Positions 1-8,205 of a DNA stretch of 12,024 bases are shown here, one piece after another. Positions within the stretch are counted from its first letter, which is position 1. Each line of letters opens with the position of its first letter. The stretch lies in assembly GCF_006345805.1 (NCBI RefSeq), contig NW_021826737.1:1-12024 (forward strand), read 5' to 3'. Source of the DNA: Octopus sinensis (lineage: Eukaryota). The notes under the pieces were generated by a model. That model made no database searches and had not been told where the DNA came from. It was given only the letters and a program-made list of their open reading frames with translations. The position numbers and the translations under genes are program-made.

Positions 1-702
1 AAGAAAGAAAGAATGAATGAATGAATGAATGAATGAAAAAATGAATGAATAGTTGAAAGAGAAAGAATGTTTCAATAAATTAAAGAATGACAGAATGAAA
101 GAAAAACAGAAAGAAAGCAGGGAAAATTTTGAAAGACTATTATAATACAAATAAATAAATAAATAATAGAAATAAATAAATAAATAGATGAACAGAAAGC
201 AAAAAAAAAGAAAAGAAAAAAGAGAAAGAAAATGGTTGAGAATGATAGAAAAATTGGGAAAAAGATGCGGAAAGAATGAGAGAGAAAGAAAATAAGGAAT
301 ACTTAGAATGGTAAAAAAAAGAAGGAAGCGGTGAAAGTTTGATTAAGAAGAATGAAAAGAGACAGCAAAAACAAAAACAAAAAAAAAACAAGGAAAGTTT
401 AGAGGAAGGAAGGAAGGAAGGAAGGAGGAAGGAAGGAAGGAAGGAAAGAATAACGCATGAAAGAAGGAGACGGAAAAGGAAAGAGCGCGAATAAATGAGC
501 TAGAGAAAGAGAGAGGTGAGAAAGTATAAAAAGAGAGAGAGAAAGAGAGGAACAGAAAGTGACAATGGAAAAGAGAGAGAGAGAGAGAGACAGTGAGAGA
601 GACAAAGACAGATTGACAGACAGATAGACGGACAGCGGACGGACGGAGACAGAGATATAAATAGAGAACAGGAGAAGGAAAGCAATATAAGACAGACAGA
701 GA

Positions 703-738
<36 letters not shown>

Positions 739-760
739 AGAGAGAGAAAGAGAAAAGGTG
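1..760. repeat. Purine-rich low-complexity tract with (GAAT)n, (GGAA)n, (GA)n, (GACA)n
   Basis: Plus strand is overwhelmingly A/G; (GAAT)n ~11-50, (GGAA)n ~404-447, (GA)n/(GACA)n ~500-755. Confidence 0.95.
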
Positions 761-800
761 TATTGTAGAGCTTATCGTTAGAAACTATTTTTAAGTTTTG

Positions 801-889
801 CACGTTCGATATGTCGACGCTCTTAATTACTGATTGACGTCATCAGAACTGTGTTTGCAACACGTGGCAGTTAGGTATAGAACACGTGG
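801..889. promoter_or_regulatory. Candidate cis-regulatory motif cluster (CRE plus E-boxes)
   Basis: CACGTT 801-806, perfect CRE TGACGTCA 835-842, two AACACGTGG (E-box CACGTG at 861-866 and 883-888) in a short island of complex sequence. Function not demonstrated. Confidence 0.3.
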
Positions 890-948
890 TCAGGACAAAC
901 AGAAGGCTAAGGCTGAGCTTCACTTTCACAAATCATAATAACTCGAAA

Positions 949-970
949 GACGACGACGATGATGATGATG
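949..970. repeat. (GAC)/(GAT)n trinucleotide repeat
   Basis: gacgacgacgatgatgatgatg. Confidence 0.9.
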
Positions 971-1092
971 GCGGGAGTGACGGTGGTTATAACAATGATG
1001 ATATTAAACTATATTCAATAGCGTTGTGTAGTGTAATAGCGAGGATATTACATAGTCATGGGTTTTGTAAGCTGAACTTCCGCTACGCTGTG

Positions 1093-1125
<33 letters not shown>

Positions 1126-1530
1126 TTATATGCTTGTTTTCATATCTTTTGTTGCTTATTTTTGCTTTTAGTTTAACATGTGCGCGTGTATCTGTACGTG
1201 CACACACGTGTGTGTGTGTGTGTGTGGTGTGTGTGTGTGTGCATGTGTGTCGGCAGGTGTAAGCGTATAAGTATGCATGTGCGAATATGTGTATACACGT
1301 ATAAGCATAAGTATGCGAGCATTATATGCATGTACAATATACACACATATAAACATATACATATGTCTATATGCATCTGTATTTACATATATACTCATAC
1401 TTATAGGTGGGTATGTATGCATACGTATGTACGTGTATGCATGCACGCGTGTACATATGCACGTTTGCAGTTGTGTGTGCATATGTGTATTTGTGTATGC
1501 GTATAGAAATGTATGTATATAAATGCATGC

Positions 1531-1587
<57 letters not shown>

Positions 1588-1754
1588 GTGTCCATGTATG
1601 TATGTATGTATGTATGATGTATGTATGTGCGAATATGTGTATCCAGGTATAAGCATATGTATGCAAACATTGTATGCATATATGTACTTAATATATATAT
1701 GCATGTAGGCATGTGCGAGTCTGTATGTATGCGCATACACGCACACACACATAC
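1093..1754. repeat. Degenerate alternating purine-pyrimidine (GT)n/(AT)n/(ATGT)n tract
   Basis: Pure (GT)n runs at ~1096-1123, ~1208-1241 and ~1542-1586 embedded in degenerate RY alternation. Confidence 0.95.

Positions 1755-1835
<81 letters not shown>
1755..1835. repeat. (AGAT)n microsatellite
   Basis: About 20 perfect AGAT units. Confidence 0.98.
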
Positions 1836-1836
<1 letters not shown>

Positions 1837-2081
1837 AACTTACTAGGAAGAGAATGCATGGTGTTCAATCATATAATAATATAAATGATATATATATATA
1901 TATAATATATATATATATAATCTCTAATTATAAACATAATTATAATTAGGGGCCAGCTAATTGCTTCACCACACAGCGAATTTAGAAATAGGAGTTTAAA
2001 AATTCATTTTCTACCATCGTAAGAATCTCCCAGACAGTAACACACTTTTTTACGTAGAATGAATCCAGTCGACTCCGATTA

Positions 2082-2143
2082 GCCACATACGCGTTTCGAA
2101 ATTAAAGTATATTTACTTACTTATTTCTCATCATCAGTGTAGC
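2082..2143 (-). ncRNA. Type I hammerhead ribozyme motif (minimal Penelope/retrozyme type) with a 3-nt UGA duplication in the core
   Basis: Minus strand reads GCUACA-CUGAUGA-(UGA)-GAAAU AAGUA aguaaaua UACUU ua AUUUC-GAAA-CGCG-UA-UGUGGC. Stem I GCUACA/UGUGGC (one G.U), stem II GAAAU/AUUUC plus AAGUA/UACUU, palindromic short stem III ACGCGU, cleavage triplet GUA. Confidence 0.75.
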
Positions 2144-2336
2144 ATTTCAAATATAAAATTTGAAAGAACTAGGGTTGAATATGTACACGATCAAGCGCAA
2201 CAGATATCCAACCAACACTTCCAAAATTTACACAGCCGAATGTGAATACATACTTGTCCCTTGTACCCACGTGTGTGTTACGAGCGATCCCGCAGAAACT
2301 GCTTTTTTCGATCTGGGAGGAAAAGGAATTTTTTAA

Positions 2337-2677
2337 CAATCTGGCCAGCCCCAATGAAAGACTAAGTTAAATGCAGTAGATTCCTTGGAAGAAAGTAGCG
2401 AATATATAGGAAAACAAAGGCGGAAATAAAAAACGGAAACTGTAACACAAATACAAATAACAGGTCATAACAACAAGTGTCTTTCGACTTAGGACGAATT
2501 ACATTAAGCTGGCGTGAGAGAAATGGTATACAAATACAAATAACAGGACTGACATGTTATTTGTATTTGTGTACCATTTTTCCTTTTTTTTCGTCTTTGT
2601 TTTCGTATATATTCGCTGCTTTCTTCCAAGGAATCTAATGCTCTTAGTTTAATTTTTCCTTGGGGCTGGCCAGATTG
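2337..2677. repeat. Inverted pair of ~125 bp repeat arms with a nested near-perfect hairpin; probably two opposed copies of a dispersed repeat (right copy may extend to ~2830)
   Basis: 2337-2462 (caatctggccagccccaa...ttccttggaagaaagtagcgaatatata...cacaaatacaaataaca) is the diverged reverse complement of 2555-2677. 2521-2545 pairs with 2555-2579 at 24/25 around a 9-nt loop. Confidence 0.85.
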
Positions 2678-2875
2678 GACCAATCTCGAGTATAACCAAC
2701 CGAAATTGCAAAGATAATTTGGAACTCGACTGAGGAAAGAAAACTCCGAACGACCCGTCCTTGTTTTCTTTGTATCGTTTATCTGGATGTTTTGCGTTCT
2801 TGTCCCAATTTTGTATTTTTTTATTCATAAAAATATAGCGGCGTACGTACACTTTGGTCTCATATATATATACTC

Positions 2876-3085
2876 ACTCTTTTACTCTTTTATTTGTTTC
2901 ATTCATTTGACTGCGGCCATGCTGGAGCACCGCCTTTAGTCGAGCAAATCGACCCCAGGACTTATTCTTTGTAAGCCTAGTACTTATTATATCGGTCTCT
3001 TTTGCCGAACCGCTAGGTTACGGAGACGTAAATACACCAGCATCGGTTGTCAAGCGATGTTGGGGGGGGACAAACACAGACACAA

Positions 3086-3163
<78 letters not shown>

Positions 3164-3278
3164 GACGGGCTTCTTTCAGTTTCCCTCTACCAAATCCACT
3201 CACAAGGCTTTGGTCGGCCCGAGGCTATAGTAGAAGATACTTGCCTGACACCGCCCAATGGGATTGGACACAGAACCA
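2876..3278 (-). mobile_element. tRNA-derived SINE family A, copy 1 (head degraded)
   Basis: Reverse complement aligns to the complete copy at 10437-10852, including the (AAAAGAGT)n tail at ~2876-2895 and an internal (CA)n(TA)n at ~3090-3162. Similarity decays after ~3245. Confidence 0.92.
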
Positions 3279-3499
3279 GAGACGTATGACCTTAAAATGA
3301 TCTTGCCCATCAATCTACGTTCATGCCTCGACGTTATCATCTATTATTAATTATAATCTCCTCTGTATATATTTAGATTTTTATTGTTTAATTTTTATGT
3401 AATACTATAAATATTAATTTATCCTTATCCGTGTTTAGCTATTAATTATTTTAATGGATAATCTGCTTTAGTTTCATTATCTTTATTTGTATTGTCATT

Positions 3500-3625
3500 A
3501 CTATTTCATTATATATACATACATATATGTATATGTGTGTATATATTCACATACATATATCTATATAAATACACATATATATAATGTGTGTGTACACACG
3601 TATATTTATATGTATATACTGCGCT

Positions 3626-3658
<33 letters not shown>

Positions 3659-3730
3659 TATGTTGCTAAGTACTAATAAAATATGTGTGTGTTTCTCTGT
3701 GTGTGTGTATTTGTGTGTGTCTGTGTCTTT
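3500..3730. repeat. AT/GT low-complexity microsatellite tract
   Basis: Degenerate (AT)n and (GT)n. Confidence 0.85.
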
Positions 3731-3742
3731 ATAAGGTATACA

Positions 3743-3890
3743 AGTGGGTTTCCTGTGGTAAAAGTTTACTTCTCAATCCAATGGTTCTGGATTCCATTCC
3801 CACAGAGTGGTACCTTCGGTAAATGTTTGGAGTTAACCAAAGCCTTTTCAGTGGATTTGGTAACCAGAAACTGAAAGAATCCCGTAGTAT
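3743..3890 (+). mobile_element. SINE family A, copy 2 (old, 5' half only)
   Basis: ctgtggtaa...atggttctggattccattcccac...gtggtaccttcggtaaatgt...accaaagcctt...agtggatttggtaaccagaaactgaaagaatcccgt matches 10447-10600; it ends in the (TA)n that is internal to the family. Confidence 0.8.
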
Positions 3891-3894
3891 ACAG

Positions 3895-3926
<32 letters not shown>

Positions 3927-4017
3927 TATATTTAAGAAAATTGAATGTTACTGCCGGTCAAAAGGTGACTGTTGGTTTCGTACCTATAAAGCGCTTAACT
4001 GCATAGGCGACCCGGCT

Positions 4018-4063
4018 ATCTTTACATTCTGAGTTCAAATTCCACCGAGGTCAACATTTCCTT
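4018..4063 (+). mobile_element. SINE family B fragment (B-box region)
   Basis: tctttacattctgagttcaaattccaccgaggtcaac matches the family B B-box segment. Confidence 0.7.
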
Positions 4064-4065
4064 TA

Positions 4066-4242
4066 AGACGATGAGCAGTCAGAATCGTTAGCACACCAGG
4101 CAAAATGCTTGGCGGCATTTCGTCCGTCTTGTTGTTCTGAGTTCAAATTCCCCCAGGGTCGACTTTGCCTTTCATCCTTCGGGGTCAATAGATTAAGTAC
4201 CATTGTGTGCTGGGGGTTGATGTACCAAAATTTGACACTAAT
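4066..4242 (+). mobile_element. tRNA-derived SINE family B copy
   Basis: Head gatgagcagtcagaatcgttagcacacc, B box gagttcaaattcc, central gcctttcatccttcggggtcaatagattaagtacc, shortened ccaaaatttga-type tail. Confidence 0.88.
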
Positions 4243-4400
4243 ATTGAATGCAATCATGAAATACCGCAAAAATTCCTCAGATTAGTACGTTTTTCTCGAG
4301 CCCTGGTTCTTATAAGAGCAGGTTACCTATTTTCCAATGTATATTAGTTACCGAGATCACAACCTTATCCTTCAACGAGATGCCGGTCTGTGGCAGAATT

Positions 4401-4790
4401 CAAGGCCAGCAATTTTGAAGGGAGGGGCAAGTCAATTACATCGTCCCATGGGATGAAAGGCAAAGTTGCCCACGGTGGAATTTGAACTCATATCGTAAAG
4501 ACCATTTCGTAAAGAAATGGTTCCAAGCATCTTCAGCGAAGCGCCACCGATTTTACCAGCTCGTCACATTAACATTGGTTTCAAATTCTGACGCCAAGCC
4601 AGCAATTTGAAGTGAAGTTAATCGATTACATCGATCTCGGTCCTTGACTGAAACTTTATTTTCATCAACTCTGATGGATTTAAAGGCAAATTTTACCTGG
4701 GCGGAATTTGAACTCATACCGTAAAGAATCAGAAGAAATACCACTGAGAATTTTGTCCGACGTGCAAACAGTTCTACCAACTCACCACCT
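4401..4790 (-). mobile_element. Two older SINE family B copies in head-to-tail tandem (~4401-4569, ~4574-4790) with the AAATTGCTGGC-type tail
   Basis: Each has ggaatttgaactca (B box, reverse complement), ends at a ccagctcg/ccaactcaccacct head, and starts with a gccagcaattt tail. Confidence 0.85.
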
Positions 4791-5208
4791 ATTTCTTTAT
4801 TGCACACAAGGGGCTAAACATAGAGGGGACAAACAAGGACAGACAAACGGATTATATCGACCCCAGTACGTAACTGGTACTTATTTAATCGACCCCGAAA
4901 GGATGAAAGGCAAAAATCGACCTCGGCGGAATTTGAACTCAGAACGTAGCGGCAGACGAAATACCTATTTCTATTTCTTTACTACCACCCACAAGGGGCT
5001 AAACACAGAGAGGACAAACAAGGACAGAGAAACGGATTAAGTCGATTACATCAATCCCAGTGCGTAACTGATACTTATTTATTCGACCCCGAAAGGATGA
5101 AAGTCAAAGTCGACCTCGGCGGAATTTGAACTCAGTACATAACGGCAGACGAAATACGGCTACGCATTTCGCCCGGCGTGCTAACGTTTCTGCCAGCTCG
5201 CCACCTTA
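4791..5208 (-). mobile_element. Young dimeric SINE family B unit (full copy ~4966-5208 plus 5'-truncated copy ~4791-4965) with Tx1-like-derived tail
   Basis: Two highly similar direct units. Minus-strand head ggtggcgagctggcagaaacgttagc (A-box-like), B box gagttcaaattcc, tail ...tgtttagccccttgtg...taaagaaata. Confidence 0.92.
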
Positions 5209-5320
5209 ATAACAATATAGGGCCACACATACTTGATGGTGATAAGAAGGAAGTATAACCGATTAAATTGTACCTCTTGAAAGCGAAATCAAAACTGGAA
5301 AAATCGGTTCGTTGATTTTG

Positions 5321-5600
5321 TGTGTCTCAGTAGCTGGCAAGTTGCTTGACTATCTTTCAACTGCGGCATTAGAATAACGGTGACTTCCACCCGAGTCATA
5401 ATTTGGTGTCAGTCCAACTAGAACTTACATTTAACCATTGTCTACTTTTCTGTTTATAAAGAGAAACTCATAAAATTTGATTTGCATATCGATTTCATCA
5501 AGGCCTTTGATAAGGCTTATTGTGAAATAGTGTAGAAGCCATTTGAACGTTATGGACATATACGCAAACTAATATCATTATCACAAACACTTCACAGTAT
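5321..5600 (+). pseudogene. Degenerate non-LTR reverse transcriptase fragment (RTE-like)
   Basis: Manual translation gives VSVAGKLL...LPPES*FG...; after a frameshift IDFIKAFD (DFIKAFD at 5491-5511)...V*KPFERYG..KLI.L.QTLH. This follows the RT motif order LLSxxGK / LPESQxGFR / FxDFxKAFD / LWxxLxxYG; several stops. Confidence 0.7.
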
Positions 5601-5606
5601 AATGAT

Positions 5607-5684
5607 ATCTATCTATTTATCGATCTATCTATCTACCAATCTACATATCATTCTGTCTATGTATTAAACTATCTGTCTATAAAC

Positions 5685-5766
<82 letters not shown>

Positions 5767-5957
5767 GTGTGTGTATATATATATGGTCAGGCACATATAT
5801 GTATATATTGTGTGTGTATGTGTGTGCGTCTACATACTTATATAAACGCACGTATCGTGTATGCATAGCGTCTCAAAATAGACGCTCCATCTCATTCTTT
5901 TTGTATGTGTGTGTATATATATATGTTTGTGTTTATGTGTATACATATACTTATGTG

Positions 5958-6020
<63 letters not shown>

Positions 6021-6196
6021 TTTATGTATTAATTCTATTTATATGGACAGGCATATGTCTGTGCGTGTGTGTATGTGTGTTTTGCGCATGTATGAAGACG
6101 CGCGTCCGATTGGTTTGCACGTTCTTTTTAAGAACACATTCTTGTCTGCACCTGCATATATACATACGCACATACATACATACAGACAGACAGACA

Positions 6197-6271
<75 letters not shown>
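5607..6271. repeat. Compound microsatellite tract: (ATCT)n, (AT)n, (ATGT)n, (AGAC)n, (AGAT)n
   Basis: (AT)n ~5691-5743 and ~5958-6017; (AGAT)n ~6197-6271. Confidence 0.92.
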
Positions 6272-6272
<1 letters not shown>

Positions 6273-6351
6273 CTTTCTTTATTGGATACACAGGGCTAAA
6301 CACAGTGGGGACAATTACAATGTAGAGTTTTTCTTTTCTGAAAGACGGGAA

Positions 6352-7095
6352 AGACGCGTTCAGTTTCCAGTAAATGAGGCCCTGCCTATATGCTTTATCT
6401 AAATCTAGCGTACACGTCACAAGTTTGTGATCCGTGTAGCTGACTATGTGGAATTGTGGACATCCGAAGCTATCCCTATCAACTGTCCTACACAGTATCC
6501 TATCTAGATACGATCTCGACGACCCAATGCGGTTGGTCCATGTCCACGTTGGCGCTTTTGGATGATCGAGTCAGTACCTGGCAGACAGTTGAGAGCGTTC
6601 GAACAGGTCTCGAAGGCATTTCCATCCCCGTCTATTTCTGTCTCTTCCCACGTAGTCTAGATGCGTGTCCAAGGTAGCATTCCAATCCCCCACTAAAAGT
6701 AAAGGACGAGACGTTCCCAAGAATACTTCTAGATGTCGAAAGATAACCGGCCAACCTGTTAAAGGCGGTGCATAGACTGCTAGGAGTCGAAAAGCGCACC
6801 CATCGCTGCCGTCGACAGCCAGTCTACCCTCCGGGTCTACGAATATCGTCTTTACTTCGAGATCCAGACTCTTGCGAAAAATTACTGCCGTGCCACTACC
6901 GCCCATCTTCGGCAGACAGGACGAAAAATAAACGTTAACCTGTCCGCCAAACATGGATTTTAGGGCCCGTGGCTCATGGAGTATGGTCTACTTATGGCTA
7001 TGATTCCCAAATCGTGTGACTTTGTCATTTAATAAGTACCCTTGTTTCCAAGGGGACTCCAAGCCACGCGCATTCGCACAACTAATCTTGACCAT
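6352..7095 (-). pseudogene. ORF2 apurinic/apyrimidinic-like (APE) endonuclease domain of the retrotransposon, disrupted and truncated
   Basis: From ATG at 7095: MVKISCANARGL, then (frameshifted) IIAIS.T, GTAVIFRKSL, FVDPEGR, AVYAPP, LLLVGDWNATLD, a TGA at 6573-6571 (probable CGA>TGA), then PTWTW...SRSYLDRI...YTDHKLV...YWKLNAS. These are the canonical L1/Tx1 EN motifs in order. Confidence 0.92.
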
Positions 7096-7210
7096 GATCC
7101 TATTGAGTTGTGTGCTTTAAAACACAAACAAGAGGAACAGAGAATTACTTACCGTTCGAAAGTTTTGTTTCCCACTTTGATTTTTCATCAAGGAGGCTAC
7201 TGTAAAGTTT

Positions 7211-8205
7211 TTATGCTAAGTATTTATGACATCCCCCTACCGCATTGAGGCAGAGAGATTTTAGTGTGTGGTGCAATTTTGGTGTGATATGGTAAATTTT
7301 GATGTGTTCTGGTGGTGTTGTGTATGGGTGGTTGCTCGTTTTAATGTTTTGCTGTTCAAGGACACCAATTTCTAAAATATTAGCTTCCTCCATTTCGAAG
7401 CAGATGGTAGATAACAACCATTGCGTCTCTATCTCTGGAGGCACATTCTTTATTCTTACCTTCGTCACTCTTTGCCCAAGATAGCTGGGTATCATTATCA
7501 GCTGGTTTCTACGAAGAGTGAGTGGTGAAAATTGCTTTGCTAATTTTTCGCTGTGGAAATGAATTTGAACAGTGGCAAATTTATGCCACTAATTGATGTA
7601 TTCCTTATGTGGCCATACAGGGCGAAGGCATTTTGAATTTTTTCCTGTGCTGCGTTTTCGGGGTTTTTTTTCTGTACTCAATATTTTGTAGATGATGGCT
7701 TTTTTTGCGTGTGTTTGTTCTATGTTCTGAAGGATGTATAAATGTAAATTTTCGTCTTCTTTCTTAAGAAGTGTTTTTGTTTCTTTGATCTGTTGTGCAG
7801 TGAAAGATACGATTGTTCTCTTTTGTTTAATTGCTTCGGCGAAATTTGTTTTGGTGGTGGTGATTGTGTCGGTGGCAGAGGTGTCATTTGTAGCAGTTGA
7901 GGTTGTAGTAGTGACGGCATAGCGACGATATCATTGTTGTTGTTGTTGTTGGTGTTATTGGTGGCGGTAGCAGTGGTAGTCATGGTGGTGGTAGTGGTGG
8001 TGACAGGGCTGTAAACGATCGTAGTTGCAGAGTTCACTTCCACGTCACTCAGGTTTGCCTTTGATTTCTTATCATTTTTCATGTTTGTAGTTGTATGTGT
8101 GCGCGTGCAGGAGTTATTCTTTTTTTCTCCTAGCGTTTCAAGGCTAGGGAAATGCTGGTCCATGAAGGAATTTGACCAACGTTCTATGATGACATTTCTC
8201 GACAT
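7211..8205 (-). pseudogene. ORF1 (RRM-like, Tx1-type) remnant of the retrotransposon, frameshifted
   Basis: Lies directly upstream of the EN domain. Thr/Asn-rich N-terminus (ORF 7720-8205); across frameshifts KFATVQIHFHSEKLAKQF...MIPSYLGQRVTKVRIKNVPPEI resembles the Tx1 ORF1 RRM region. No CCHC knuckle found. Confidence 0.65.

Noticed and set aside
815-846. CTGATGA on the minus strand (846-840) as a second hammerhead
   Set aside because: No correctly placed GAAA, stem II or stem I; it is part of the CRE palindrome.
140-1868. Many ORFs (FL/SL-rich, HT/CV/YI repeats), including poly-Asp ORF 886-1176
   Set aside because: Translations of microsatellites that lack stop codons; no domain motifs or splice support.
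2169-2354. ORF next to the ribozyme as a possible Penelope GIY-YIG or RT fragment
   Set aside because: No GIY-YIG or RT motif recognised in the frames examined.
2725-2765. CTGAGGA...CCGAACGACCCGTC hammerhead-like string
   Set aside because: Has GAAC instead of GAAAC, a weak stem II and no stem I pairing; at best a decayed relic.
4553-5040. ORFs 4553-4807 and 4708-5040
   Set aside because: Lie entirely within SINE B copies; chance open frames.
4401-5208. Repeated units resembling a CRISPR array or tRNA gene cluster
   Set aside because: Units are 170-240 bp SINE copies with no unique spacers and no complete cloverleaf; eukaryotic context.
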